Positions 36,063 to 46,661 of a DNA stretch of 64,000 nt are shown here, piece by piece. The number at the start of each line of letters is the position of its first letter. Position 1 is the stretch's first letter. Both the position numbers and the translations under genes were made by a program. Location: assembly GCA_963664815.2 (NCBI GenBank), contig CAXXHB010000003.1, positions 3,988,513-4,052,512 on the forward strand, read 5' to 3'. Below the pieces are notes generated by a model, which worked only from the letters and a program-made list of their open reading frames with translations, ran no database searches and was not told where the DNA came from. The stretch is from Spirochaetota bacterium. Its GTDB lineage: Bacteria; Spirochaetota; UBA4802; UBA5550.

Positions 36063-36848
36063 ATGAATTTAAAAAATATGCTGCCACTTTACCGGCTTAA
36101 GGAAATTACCAGAATATTACGAGCTGAAAATGGATGCCCATGGGACAGAGAACAGACTTTCAACTCCCTTAAACCATACCTTGTGGAAGAAACCTATGAA
36201 GTTTACGATGCAATCGAAAGTGGGGATCTGAATAATCTTAAAGAAGAACTTGGTGATCTTCTTTACCAGATTTATGCTCACTCTGAAATAGCTTCCGAGA
36301 CATCATCCTTCACTATCGACGATGTTGCAGATGGCATTGCTGATAAGCTGATAAGGCGGCACCCTCATGTTTTCGGCAATGAAGACATCCAAAACGCGAC
36401 TGGTGTAAAAGTCAGATGGGAGGAAATAAAAAAAACAGAAAAGAACGGAAGAAAGTCTCTTCTTGATGGTATTCCACGAAACCTTCCCGCGCTGTCAATG
36501 GCCCTCAGAATTCAGGATAAAGTTTCTCACGCAGGTTTTGACTGGGAAAAGATTGATGGAGCAATAGACAAGCTTGATGAAGAGATTAATGAGTTCAAGG
36601 AAGCTGTAACTCTTGAAAACAGCGACAAAATAACTGATGAAGCAGGAGACATACTATTCAGTCTTGTGAACGTTTTAAGATTCAAAAAAATTGATGCGGA
36701 AGATGCTCTCAGAAAAACAATCAACAAGTTCTCTGACAGGTTCCGGTATATAGAAGCTAAAGTCAATGAATCAGGTAAAAGTATAAATTCGATGTCGCTT
36801 GAGGAACTTGATGTTCTCTGGAAGGAATCTAAAAAGAATCTTAAATAA
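36063..36848 (+). CDS. mazG: Nucleoside triphosphate pyrophosphohydrolase MazG
   Basis: GCPWDREQTFNSLKPYLVEETYEVYDAIE, ELGDLLYQI, RRHPHVF, and a second half with EEINEF..EAGDILFSLVNV. Confidence 0.9.
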   Translation: MNLKNMLPLYRLKEITRILRAENGCPWDREQTFNSLKPYLVEETYEVYDAIESGDLNNLKEELGDLLYQIYAHSEIASETSSFTIDDVADGIADKLIRRHPHVFGNEDIQNATGVKVRWEEIKKTEKNGRKSLLDGIPRNLPALSMALRIQDKVSHAGFDWEKIDGAIDKLDEEINEFKEAVTLENSDKITDEAGDILFSLVNVLRFKKIDAEDALRKTINKFSDRFRYIEAKVNESGKSINSMSLEELDVLWKESKKNLK

Positions 36849-36849
36849 T

Positions 36850-38211
36850 CTATTTAATTACTTTAAGGATTCTCCCCCAGCAGGGATGCAAATCAAGCCT
36901 GAGATGGTTCCCATTATTTAATTCAAAAGTTTCCCCATCGTTCAGAATATCGATAACATGCACCCCTGTCACTGGAATTTCAAATTCAATGTGAGATAGT
37001 TCCCCTGATGCGTTCACAGCAACAACAATCCATTCATCATTTATTATCCTGGCATATGCAAACTGTTCATGCAGGACTTTTAATTGCATATATCCGCCAT
37101 GTTTCAGTATTTCTGAACTGTTTCTGATATACGAAAGCTTAGAAATAGTTACAGCGAGATCTTTATTGGGACTGCCATTAGAAGCTGTATTTAAATCAAG
37201 CTCAGGACGAATCTCCTCATCTTCACCATATTTCAAACCTTCAATTCCCCATTCGCTGCCGTAATATACTGATGGTATTCCGGGCATCGTAAATAGGAGT
37301 ATATGCAACGGATAAAGATGAGCTGTATTTTTCAATGTACTGGCTATACGGCTCACATCATGATTGTCTGCAAAATTGTACAAATAGTTATCTGTACAGA
37401 AGCCTGAATTTTTACCAAATAAAGAATTAAGCGAATATGCTATTTCAAAATAGTTTTTATCATTATGGCTTGAATATAATCCCTTATAGCAGATATAGTT
37501 TGTTACAGAATTAAGAAGATGTATGTTTGCCCAACGGCTGTAATCGCCATGAATCACTTCTCCCATAATCCAGAAGTCAGGCTTTATTTTTTTACACAAT
37601 GATGATAATTCACTCATAAAATCGAAGTCAAGGCAGTCGGCACAATCCAATCTTAACCCGTCAATATCAAATTTCCGAATCCAGTATTCTACAGCTTTAA
37701 ATAAATATTCCTTTACGTCAGGATTCTGCAGATTAAGCTTAACAAGCCTGTAGTGCCCTTCCCATGTTTCATAATCAAACGGATCATTGAATTTACTTCT
37801 CTTATCAAAATTGATATTACAAAACCAGCTGATGTACTCCGACTCCTTAACGTTAAAAAGAAGTTCCCTGAATGCAAAAAACTCACGTCCTGCATGATTG
37901 AATACTCCGTCAACAACTACTTTTATACCATTTTCATGCAAAGTCTGAACTGTTTTAATAAATATCTCATTATCCCCCAGGCGTCTGTCGACCTTATTGT
38001 AATCTGCGATATCATAACCATGGGTTGCTGATTCAAAAACCGGCCCGAATAAAATAGCATTGGCCCCAAGATATTTTATATGATTAAGCCATTTATAAAC
38101 TTTCTCCAGCCGGGGTATCGGCAACGAACTAAAATCATTAGTCCTGGCCGCACCACAGAATCCCAATGGGTAAATATGATAGAATATCGCTTCTCTATAC
38201 CACTCATTCAT
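36850..38211 (-). CDS. GH13 alpha-amylase-family glycoside hydrolase
   Basis: The four conserved GH13 regions are present: DGVFNHAG, GLRLDCADCL, WIMGEVIHGD, FADNHDVSR. Confidence 0.9.
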   Translation of the reverse strand: MNEWYREAIFYHIYPLGFCGAARTNDFSSLPIPRLEKVYKWLNHIKYLGANAILFGPVFESATHGYDIADYNKVDRRLGDNEIFIKTVQTLHENGIKVVVDGVFNHAGREFFAFRELLFNVKESEYISWFCNINFDKRSKFNDPFDYETWEGHYRLVKLNLQNPDVKEYLFKAVEYWIRKFDIDGLRLDCADCLDFDFMSELSSLCKKIKPDFWIMGEVIHGDYSRWANIHLLNSVTNYICYKGLYSSHNDKNYFEIAYSLNSLFGKNSGFCTDNYLYNFADNHDVSRIASTLKNTAHLYPLHILLFTMPGIPSVYYGSEWGIEGLKYGEDEEIRPELDLNTASNGSPNKDLAVTISKLSYIRNSSEILKHGGYMQLKVLHEQFAYARIINDEWIVVAVNASGELSHIEFEIPVTGVHVIDILNDGETFELNNGNHLRLDLHPCWGRILKVIK

Positions 38212-40459
38212 ATACTGATACTCCGCCTGAATTCCGATTTAGTTCATCAATGCATTGTAATAAACCTGGCAAAAACAGCATAACCTGAATGTAACCTTTC
38301 ATTATAATTTCATTAGCTTTGTTCAACATGGCATTTTCCAAATCTTCCATAATTGATAAAAACAATTTTTCATCACAAATTATTGATCGATCAATTCCAT
38401 GCTTAGATTCATTTTTTTCGTGAAACATATAATATAATTTATTTTCAACTAATTGCATTCCCTCGTTAAACTGTTGAATAAAAGATTGCATCCATGGCAA
38501 CTCATTTTCTCCATTTAATGCAGGTTCTTTAAGACTTAGTGCTGTCAGGATATTACATAGTCTCTGATTATAATAAATCAGGTTATTCAAACTTTTAATA
38601 TTTACCTGCTCCGGATCAGGTTCTTTTAAAAAACGTTCAAATGCTGCAGTTAAATTAATATACTCGCGGTATGCTTCCTGCCTTAATTGTTCAATCTCAG
38701 ATACATTAAAGGATTTACCGGCAAAACTCATTAATACCACATTTCCGAAATGACGATTTGCAGATATGGCTTTGGTTAAATAGTCTGGAATGTTATATCG
38801 TTCCCACTTTGGTAAAAAGTGATAGATCGCAATCAAAGCCAGGATACCTCCGGTAAGATTGTACAAAATCCTTTCCAAAGCAACATCCCAGTTTCCTATA
38901 TTATTGTAATCAATTAATAATATTATAACTGGAGTCCAGTAAAACGCATAGAGACAGTAACTTCGCAAACGGTTTGCAAAAGCAAGAAAAATGAGTATAA
39001 TTATAAAAGTAAATAAAATCAATTTATTATGAATAAATCCTGCAGCTATTATTGCTACAATTCCCCCGGCTGCTGTTCCCCCAACCCTTTCAATCGCCCG
39101 CTGTTTTGTTGCATTGAAATCCGGTTTTAATATTATTGCTGCCGTTATCGGTATCCAGTAACCATATGGAATTTCACAATAAATTATTATGGCATATGAG
39201 ATTGTCAGTGTTACGCAAATACGCAAAGAATGGCGGAATACAGGTGAACTGATAGTCAGATTATCAATCAGCAAAATTCTGGCATTCGAAAAAAAAGTGG
39301 GCCTTGTCACTTTCTTGCTGTTTTTTTCAGGTTGTTTATAAACCGGAGTATCAATTATCTTTACTATATCCTGAAGAATTTTCAGGTAATTTTCAATAAT
39401 TTGTATTATAAAATATGCTTTTGAGAATATAATATTATCTTTGATTTCCAGCGTTTTTTCATGTAACATCATAATATCACTGGAAACTTCCTGTTCAACT
39501 TCTTTGAATTTCTTACTGTATTCTGTTCTAATGATCATATTGTCCTGTATTGAGCGTTCAATGATACTCTGCATCAAATCTGCTGCATCGATAAACGAAC
39601 GAACAAACCTGCATATGAATGTTAATCCTCCATCTGTTGCAACAGATTTTATACTTTCAGATAATGCTACTCTGGTTTTGAATAACAAATCTGCTTTCTG
39701 CAACAACAGGTGAATATGTCTGACTGTCAGATTATAATTACCTTTCAAATCACGAATCATAAGATATGCTATATTACGTATACGTTGCATTTCAATCTGT
39801 TTCAGTATTATTGTTTTTTCAGTATCACTTTCGTCATCCATAGATCTCTCCAAGTGACTAATGGCAACTACCTTGAGCTCACGATAGTAATCAGCTGCCG
39901 CATTAAACAATGGCTGATATGGTCTGAATGGCCATCTACACAATTTCAATACACAAATCCATAAAGACCCGGTTAAAATCACTATACAGGCTAAATAAAC
40001 TTGTTGTATTTCAACAGGTTTAGCTGTAAACAATATGAAACTTATAATGGAAATTGATCCGAACCTGATACCTCGCCCTCCGAAAATATTAAGCATACCG
40101 GCACTAAACGTCCATATCATTATTAAACAAATAACCACGACAGGCATATCTGCAACGAACGCTGTAATCCAGTTTTCAATAATAAGCATAATTGAAGCAA
40201 GTATCATTGAACGTAATCGCACATGATAAAGCCCCCCTGGATCAGCAAGTGAAGTAAACAATACACCTAAAAAACTGATTGAGAAAAGTTTGCTGTCCTT
40301 AAAGATAATAAATATAAATAACGGGAACATGGAGAGTCCGGCCATTTTCAGGCCATTTTTTAAATCTTTTCCAGTGAATAATGTAATGAATGATATTTTA
40401 TTCTGAATCCAGACTATAGAGTTTTTAAACAATTGATTAATCCCTGTTTTTAAATTCAC
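38204..40459 (-). CDS. FUSC/YccS-family integral membrane protein
   Basis: Two polytopic TM bundles are separated by a long helical cytoplasmic region. ITAAIILKPDFNATKQRAIERVGGTAAGGIVA resembles the FUSC signature. The gene overlaps the GH13 start by 8 nt. Confidence 0.65.
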   Translation of the reverse strand: MNLKTGINQLFKNSIVWIQNKISFITLFTGKDLKNGLKMAGLSMFPLFIFIIFKDSKLFSISFLGVLFTSLADPGGLYHVRLRSMILASIMLIIENWITAFVADMPVVVICLIMIWTFSAGMLNIFGGRGIRFGSISIISFILFTAKPVEIQQVYLACIVILTGSLWICVLKLCRWPFRPYQPLFNAAADYYRELKVVAISHLERSMDDESDTEKTIILKQIEMQRIRNIAYLMIRDLKGNYNLTVRHIHLLLQKADLLFKTRVALSESIKSVATDGGLTFICRFVRSFIDAADLMQSIIERSIQDNMIIRTEYSKKFKEVEQEVSSDIMMLHEKTLEIKDNIIFSKAYFIIQIIENYLKILQDIVKIIDTPVYKQPEKNSKKVTRPTFFSNARILLIDNLTISSPVFRHSLRICVTLTISYAIIIYCEIPYGYWIPITAAIILKPDFNATKQRAIERVGGTAAGGIVAIIAAGFIHNKLILFTFIIILIFLAFANRLRSYCLYAFYWTPVIILLIDYNNIGNWDVALERILYNLTGGILALIAIYHFLPKWERYNIPDYLTKAISANRHFGNVVLMSFAGKSFNVSEIEQLRQEAYREYINLTAAFERFLKEPDPEQVNIKSLNNLIYYNQRLCNILTALSLKEPALNGENELPWMQSFIQQFNEGMQLVENKLYYMFHEKNESKHGIDRSIICDEKLFLSIMEDLENAMLNKANEIIMKGYIQVMLFLPGLLQCIDELNRNSGGVSVYE

Positions 40460-40603
40460 TTATATTCTGTAACCTTAATGCGTTGCACAGTTTCTCTTAA
40501 ACCAGAACCACCACTAACCATTATAAACATTACATTCTATTATAAACTAAGCCTATGATTTTTTTCATTTATTAGATTAATTAGATTTTTAATTAAAAAA
40601 ATA

Positions 40604-41041
40604 TCAACTGCAAGTTTTGATATAATTCCAGTATTTAATAAGTAGTTCTTCAAATTGCGCTTGTTCATTTTCCGAGAAACATTCTGCAGGATTATATACC
40701 TGATCCGGCAGGTTTTTTAATGACTTTTTCAGCATAATTACCTTTTTCCTCCCGATAGATGTTAATGTTACTTTAACCTGTTTCCCGTTTTCAGAATCTT
40801 TTGACTTTTTTACCCAGTTTTTTTTCTCCATATTTTTTATTACAACACTCGCGGTAGGGCGATCACAAAAAATGAGTTCGGCAATTTCTGAAGGATAAAA
40901 GTATACTCTTTCCGCAAGATACTTAAGAATTCGTTCCTGCTGAAAGGTAATATCATAGGCACTTAATTCTTTTTGTACCTGACGGCGATAGGTGAGAAAA
41001 ATGAAACCAATCATATTCATAATTTTAGGTTTTGATGACAT
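40604..41041 (-). CDS. MarR-family transcriptional regulator
   Basis: The 145-aa size and the wHTH (ITFQQERILKYLAE...PSEIAELIFCDRPTASVVIKNMEKKNWVKK) fit the family. Confidence 0.75.
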   Translation of the reverse strand: MSSKPKIMNMIGFIFLTYRRQVQKELSAYDITFQQERILKYLAERVYFYPSEIAELIFCDRPTASVVIKNMEKKNWVKKSKDSENGKQVKVTLTSIGRKKVIMLKKSLKNLPDQVYNPAECFSENEQAQFEELLIKYWNYIKTCS

Positions 41042-41134
41042 TAATATTTTTCCATTAATTAGAACTCTAACTATAATTAAACTGTTATTTTATACAAATC
41101 AAGAAAAAAGCATCAGAATAATATTATAAAAAAA

Positions 41135-42166
41135 TTATTTTAAATCTCTGTCACTTTCCCCGATAAATTCTTTTTTTGCTTTCAAGTGTTCCTTATAATT
41201 ATTTGAAAAATGATGCTCACCATTACCTTTAACAACGAAGAAAAGATAATCTGTTTTAGCAGGATTTAATGCGGCACTTAACGACGAAAGCCCAGGGTTT
41301 GATATAGGTCCTAAAGGGAGTCCTCTATTTCGATATGTATTATAAGGGGAACTTATGTCAAGATCCTGAAAATATATTCTCTTTTTCGGAGAATCAAACA
41401 GGTATTGAATTGTAGCACATGATTCAAGAGGCATATCCCCTTTAAGCCTGTTGCTGAATACCGAAGCTATTAATGGTCTCTCCTCAACAACCTTTGCCTC
41501 TCTTTCAACAATACTCGCAAGTATTACAAGGCGCTGTCTTTTTACTGCATCTTCAGGGAATCCACCTAGTTCTGATACCTTTTCAAAAAAATGTTCAACC
41601 ATAAGAGAAATAATTTTTTCATCAGAATAACCCAGTGGAACAGTATAAGTGTCCGGAAACAAATAACCCTCAGTTGAAATACCGGAAATCTTAAATCTGG
41701 ATAAAATAGCCGGCGATGAAGCTATTTGTTTAAATCTTGCCTTTGATGTAAATAATCCCTTCTTCACCAGTTCCTCGGCAATCTGGCTGTTATTATAACC
41801 TTCAGGAACAGTAAATGTCACAGTTTTTGTCTTCCCACTTGTCAAAACATCAATTATCTGTGAAGGTTTCATCGAATCATCAAGAGTATAAATTCCACGC
41901 TTCATGTCCCTGCTTTTTCGCGAAAGAGCAAGCATTATTTTAAAACCGGTTCTGCTTGTTATGATTGCATCTTTATAAAGAGCGGATGTCACTGCAGTGG
42001 CACCCCATCCGCTTTTTACGACAAAATCAATTTTATTACTTCCACTTCCGGAAGATCTGTTTATAAACAAATACCCTGCTGCGGCTGACACCGCTGTCAG
42101 AATTATGATACAAAGAATAAGATGCCACCATTTAAATAAAAAAGCTTTCCCCGCAGTCATTAGCAA
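41135..42166 (-). CDS. mltG: Endolytic murein transglycosylase MltG (YceG-like)
   Basis: N-terminal TM helix, then EGYLFPDTY, LASIVEREA and SPYNTYRNRGLPLGPISNPG. Confidence 0.9.
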   Translation of the reverse strand: MLMTAGKAFLFKWWHLILCIIILTAVSAAAGYLFINRSSGSGSNKIDFVVKSGWGATAVTSALYKDAIITSRTGFKIMLALSRKSRDMKRGIYTLDDSMKPSQIIDVLTSGKTKTVTFTVPEGYNNSQIAEELVKKGLFTSKARFKQIASSPAILSRFKISGISTEGYLFPDTYTVPLGYSDEKIISLMVEHFFEKVSELGGFPEDAVKRQRLVILASIVEREAKVVEERPLIASVFSNRLKGDMPLESCATIQYLFDSPKKRIYFQDLDISSPYNTYRNRGLPLGPISNPGLSSLSAALNPAKTDYLFFVVKGNGEHHFSNNYKEHLKAKKEFIGESDRDLK

Positions 42167-42373
42167 AACCTCAAGTATATTATATAATCCAGAAAGTTAA
42201 CACTCCTAAAAAAGAAAAACATCCCCTATGCCCATAGAACGAAATGACATTATAATTATAAAGTCAATTTCTTTTTACTTATTGCCGGCAAATTGGAGTC
42301 AATTTTTTAGGAAGGCCCTACTTTTGCGAATTTCCGGATAAACATTCATCTGAGAAAAAGTTTAATATTTAAA

Positions 42374-43354
42374 TTAATTGTTAATTGCAACTGCTTCAGA
42401 TTTGATAATATTTATGGCGCTGAATACAGATGAATAATCACCATTGGGATTCCATGCCACCCATCCTCTGGCATTTGTTTCTTCAACTCCTTTTATCTGA
42501 AAAGCGACATATTTATCAAGTTTCACCCTGGCATACTGTATGTTATAAGGGAACGCCTGAATATATGGTTGAACTGACACCTTTGTTCCCTGAAGTCTTT
42601 CAATTCCCTTAAGCACTCCGTCCTTCACCGTTTCACCAGGCTCACTCATCTTCTTACGGTCTTTGTTAAAATGGCTCGGATATAGCATCGGGTAAATAAC
42701 ATCAGTATAAGCAGCAAATAGCTCAAGCTTCTGGCCGATTAAATCATCACGATTATACATAATGCGACCGAAAACATCCGCAGAAAGTTTTATTTTCCGC
42801 TCATCAGTTATCTTCCGGAAGTTTTTCAGCATCTCCTCGATAAACTCATATTTTTTTTTCAAAGGATAAGTTCTGCGGTCATCAACAAAACGTATATAGT
42901 CAAGTTGCACTTCGTCAAATCCTGATTCCGCAGCAGATGTGACAAGAGTAGTTAATGCTTTTAATTCCCCGGCAGAAACCGGCAGTTTACTTATTCCATC
43001 CTGAAAACATACAACACGTGCTGCAATATAAATGTTTTCACTCTTCAGGTATTCAATTACCTTTCTGTTGATCTTGAGGTTTTTACTGCCGTAAGAATGG
43101 GCGTCAAATACAAGCATATTAATACCTGAATTACCACTTCTGGCCATGAGAGATTTTATAAATCTCAGATTGCGGCTCTGATAATTCGGGATATAGAGTC
43201 CCCTCATATATACTTTTGACTTTCCCGCTTCAGGTTTTACATCCTTAGAAGAAACAGCCTGGCCCGTTGTAGTCTGACATTGCAGAGTGAGCGCGAATAA
43301 TAATATAACAGATATTCTCTTTATAGTTAAAAATTTCATTCTATAACCTATCAT
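42374..43354 (-). CDS. Secreted putative glycoside-hydrolase-like TIM-barrel protein (DUF4015-like)
   Basis: Signal peptide. RGLYIP...GINMLVFDAH...DEVQLDYIRF resembles the PF13200-type putative glycosyl hydrolase domain. This assignment is tentative. Confidence 0.45.
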   Translation of the reverse strand: MIGYRMKFLTIKRISVILLFALTLQCQTTTGQAVSSKDVKPEAGKSKVYMRGLYIPNYQSRNLRFIKSLMARSGNSGINMLVFDAHSYGSKNLKINRKVIEYLKSENIYIAARVVCFQDGISKLPVSAGELKALTTLVTSAAESGFDEVQLDYIRFVDDRRTYPLKKKYEFIEEMLKNFRKITDERKIKLSADVFGRIMYNRDDLIGQKLELFAAYTDVIYPMLYPSHFNKDRKKMSEPGETVKDGVLKGIERLQGTKVSVQPYIQAFPYNIQYARVKLDKYVAFQIKGVEETNARGWVAWNPNGDYSSVFSAINIIKSEAVAINN

Positions 43355-43414
43355 ACAATATTAAATTCCTTCTTACATTTCACAATTGTACTGTTAAATT
43401 TCAATTAACAAATA

Positions 43415-45022
43415 CTAACTCAGGTTTTTCTTAAGCCATCCACTTAATTCACGCATCTCCTGTTCAACAAGTATCCCTCCGCCGTATCGGGAGTTATAAA
43501 CTTTCTCTTTGAAATAGTTAAATTTATCCAATTCACCTGCGTTGAGTTTATCCTGATTTATCCTGTTTATCCCCTTGTCAGCAATGAAAAGAAACATTTC
43601 ATGGTTTTGATCTCTCATCGCAGCCTGCATATTTTTCAGAATATCATCCTTTACATTCTCAGCAATTATAGTGGTCTCATCATTATTGTCAATTTTTAAC
43701 TCAGAGCTGATCATCCTTATTTTTTTTCTTTCCCACATAACAAGTGCAACAATGGATATGATAAACCCGGCCGATATCAGTATTATTATTAAATAATTGA
43801 TTTTACCACCGGATGAAACTTCTGTTGAAAACTGCACCTCTCCTTTATTATCAGAATTCTTTTCCTTTTTTATTTCAAAAGAAAAGGGCTCACTTTCGGC
43901 CTTTTCATATGTTTTCTTATATGGATTAAAATATTCAATATATATCCGCCCTGTATTTATTCTTCCTGTATCATTTTCAATTTGTGGAATAACTGTTATA
44001 AGAAAATTTTTCTCCCCTGTCAATCCATTACTATCGACAGAAAGAGTCTGTTCTTTTTCTTCAACTACAAATTTAATCCCATCTTCATTTTCAACAACCG
44101 GTTTAGACAGAGTAAGCAAATTTCCTCTACCGGACACTTTTACCGGAATCCTGATCTCCTCAAATAAACTGAACTTCCCTGCCGGTGGGTGACTTTCAAT
44201 TTTAAACTCGCCGACATCTCCGTTGAATTTATCAGGTTTTCCTGATACTGGAATAGGGATTACTTTTATTTTTTTCCGAGGGAAAAGAATCCTTTTCCTT
44301 CCGCTCATTGAAAAAAATCCCTGTGACATCTCCTCTACAACGTCAACTGAACCACCTCCTATTTCATGAACGCCTGCTTCGACCGGAACCAGACAGAATG
44401 ACCCCACATAAGTTTTATCTGATTCATTCTTTTTTTCATCAAGAACTTTCATCACGAATCCCTTGACATGAGGCTGATCGCTGAATCCCTCAATTTGCGG
44501 CGGTTCTCCACCATTATCATAAATAAAATATCTCATTATAAAAGGTTCACCGGAATAAACTGTCTCTGCTGACAGCGCTACATCACCACGAGTTATACCT
44601 CCACCATTGCCGGCTTTACCAGAGGATGGCTCCCTGACTATAAGAGTAACCTCACGTGAAACGACATTCTCTCCGTCTGCTTCAAGAATAAACGGAGGAA
44701 TTTTATATTCCCCTTTTTTTTCACCATAAATTGAAAAACTGAGAACCGTTCCTGACCATGTTTTCCCGTTTATAAACTGGAAGCTCCGCGATGAGCCTGA
44801 AAATGAGATTTGCAGACCATTGACTGCAGGGAATTTAACCGGTTTAACTTTTCCAGATTTTCCTGTTATCTTTATTTTTAAAGACGCTGATTCTCCTGCA
44901 GCAATCTTTGAGGGAGTCAATTCTGTTTCAATTTCAACAGCAAATAATCTGTTGCATATAAAGACAAAGAGAAGAACAAAAAGTATTCTACCAGAATTTT
45001 TCAAGATATCTTTTCCCATCAC
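43415..45022 (-). CDS. batD: BatD-like oxygen-tolerance protein
   Basis: Signal peptide, repeated beta-sandwich segments (TPSKIAAGESASLKIKITG..), a TM helix near the C-terminal quarter (INYLIIILISAGFIISIVALVMW), and last position in the bat operon. The start region overlaps batC by about 35 nt. Confidence 0.75.
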   Translation of the reverse strand: MMGKDILKNSGRILFVLLFVFICNRLFAVEIETELTPSKIAAGESASLKIKITGKSGKVKPVKFPAVNGLQISFSGSSRSFQFINGKTWSGTVLSFSIYGEKKGEYKIPPFILEADGENVVSREVTLIVREPSSGKAGNGGGITRGDVALSAETVYSGEPFIMRYFIYDNGGEPPQIEGFSDQPHVKGFVMKVLDEKKNESDKTYVGSFCLVPVEAGVHEIGGGSVDVVEEMSQGFFSMSGRKRILFPRKKIKVIPIPVSGKPDKFNGDVGEFKIESHPPAGKFSLFEEIRIPVKVSGRGNLLTLSKPVVENEDGIKFVVEEKEQTLSVDSNGLTGEKNFLITVIPQIENDTGRINTGRIYIEYFNPYKKTYEKAESEPFSFEIKKEKNSDNKGEVQFSTEVSSGGKINYLIIILISAGFIISIVALVMWERKKIRMISSELKIDNNDETTIIAENVKDDILKNMQAAMRDQNHEMFLFIADKGINRINQDKLNAGELDKFNYFKEKVYNSRYGGGILVEQEMRELSGWLKKNLS

Positions 45023-45635
45023 CTTTACCCTTCTGCTTTCTTACAGGTTTATTCTTCATTGACTCAAGCAGATTCCTGGTCTGAATGTTTTTCATTTTAT
45101 TTTCGTTGTTCATAGTTTCATTATCTTGTTTGTCTTTCATGCTTTTATCTTTACTATTTCCCTTTTCTCCATCAGCACGGCTGCCATCATTTTCATTCTG
45201 ATCTTTTTTCTTCTGTTCTTTTAAAAGATACTCAAGGTTCTTTTTTGCCTTTTCGTAAGCTGGATCAATCTCAAGAGCTTTAATAAAATTATCTGCAGCT
45301 TCCTTATATTTTTTCTGTTTAAGATAGGAGTTGCCGATGTTAAACAGCGCCTTTTTCTGTATATCGGGATTCTCAGATGAAATTGAGTTTTTAAATTTGT
45401 CAACAGCTATATCATAGTTGCCGGACTGATAATGTGCATCACCCTTATTGAAATCAAGCATAGCCTTACTTTTTTCATCAGGTAGATATTTCTCAGCCAT
45501 TTTATAATGTTCAAGAGCTTTATTTAGTTCTTTATTATTATAACTGTTGTTCCCTTTTTCAACCTCATCTTTGAAAGGATCAATCCATGCTGAAAAAACA
45601 AAAACTGCAAATATTATAATAAATATTTTTTTCAT
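44988..45635 (-). CDS. batC: BatC-like TPR protein
   Basis: Signal peptide, three TPR units (ALEHYKMAEKYLPD.., GDAHYQSGNYDIAVDKF.., IGNSYLKQKKYKEAADNFIKALEIDPAYEKA) and a charged tail. Confidence 0.75.
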   Translation of the reverse strand: MKKIFIIIFAVFVFSAWIDPFKDEVEKGNNSYNNKELNKALEHYKMAEKYLPDEKSKAMLDFNKGDAHYQSGNYDIAVDKFKNSISSENPDIQKKALFNIGNSYLKQKKYKEAADNFIKALEIDPAYEKAKKNLEYLLKEQKKKDQNENDGSRADGEKGNSKDKSMKDKQDNETMNNENKMKNIQTRNLLESMKNKPVRKQKGKGDGKRYLEKFW

Positions 45636-45644
45636 ATTGCCTAT

Positions 45645-46661
45645 TTATCCTTTATGCCAGTTTATGTTTTTTCTCTCAGGAATAACAAATTCAGCAGAAA
45701 GCAGAAGAATAAGTACTACCATAAAAATATAGGTTCTGTCTATTTTCTCCTTAACCATTCTTGAACCATAATCTTTGTTTTCTCTTCCTGCAATCAGATT
45801 TAATATCCTTCCGAGACCAGAAAAGTTATCCGTTATATCAATATAGAATCCGCCGGTTTTGTCAGCAAGCTGCCTGAGCAAATCTTCATTTTTCCCTGTT
45901 TTTATAAGAGAACCGCTGCTGTCCCTGTAGAAACTTTCAGCACCTTCACTTCCTTCGGCAGGGATAAAATCACCATTCTTACCTATTCCTGCCGCATAAA
46001 CCGCAACCCCCATCTCTCTGAACTTTTCAACTTCAACCTCGACTCCACCTTCATGATCTTCTCCATCTGTTATTACAATAAGCATTCTTGATGTGAGCCT
46101 CTTTTTCTGATAGACCTTCCGAGCCTCCGCCAGCATTCTCCCTATATCTGTTCCCTGAACTCTTAACGAATCGGGACTCACTGAATCAAGAAACATCATG
46201 AAAGCACCAATGTCATTTGTAAGTGGACACTGAAGAAAAGAATCTCCGGCAAAAATTAAGAGTCCTATCCGGTCACCATCGAGAGACTGGGCAATCAGTC
46301 TTACGGCACTCTTTGCCTTTTCAAGCCGTGATGGATTAACATCCTTTGCCAGCATACTCATGCTGACGTCAAGAGCGATGAGAACATCTGTACCCTCGCT
46401 GGAAGTCTCTTTTACCCTGTCTCCCCATCCTGGCCCAAGCAGAACAATACATGAGACAATTACTGCAAGAAGAATTAACGCTTCTTTCACTAACATTCTT
46501 GAGTAAAGTCCTGAAATAATTTTTTTTGCAGCATCTCTGCTTCCCGCTGCTGATACAACCGCCATTCTCCTCCATATTGAATAAAAAATATGAAACGCGG
46601 TTACCGCACATCCGATAATAAAAATATATACTATGTAATTATAATTAGAAAATGCAATCAT
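45645..46661 (-). CDS. batB: VWA-domain protein BatB
   Basis: N-terminal TM helices, a VWA MIDAS (DVLIALDVSMSM), DRIGLLIFAGDSFLQCPLT, LIVITDGEDH and a C-terminal TM helix. Confidence 0.85.
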   Translation of the reverse strand: MIAFSNYNYIVYIFIIGCAVTAFHIFYSIWRRMAVVSAAGSRDAAKKIISGLYSRMLVKEALILLAVIVSCIVLLGPGWGDRVKETSSEGTDVLIALDVSMSMLAKDVNPSRLEKAKSAVRLIAQSLDGDRIGLLIFAGDSFLQCPLTNDIGAFMMFLDSVSPDSLRVQGTDIGRMLAEARKVYQKKRLTSRMLIVITDGEDHEGGVEVEVEKFREMGVAVYAAGIGKNGDFIPAEGSEGAESFYRDSSGSLIKTGKNEDLLRQLADKTGGFYIDITDNFSGLGRILNLIAGRENKDYGSRMVKEKIDRTYIFMVVLILLLSAEFVIPERKNINWHKG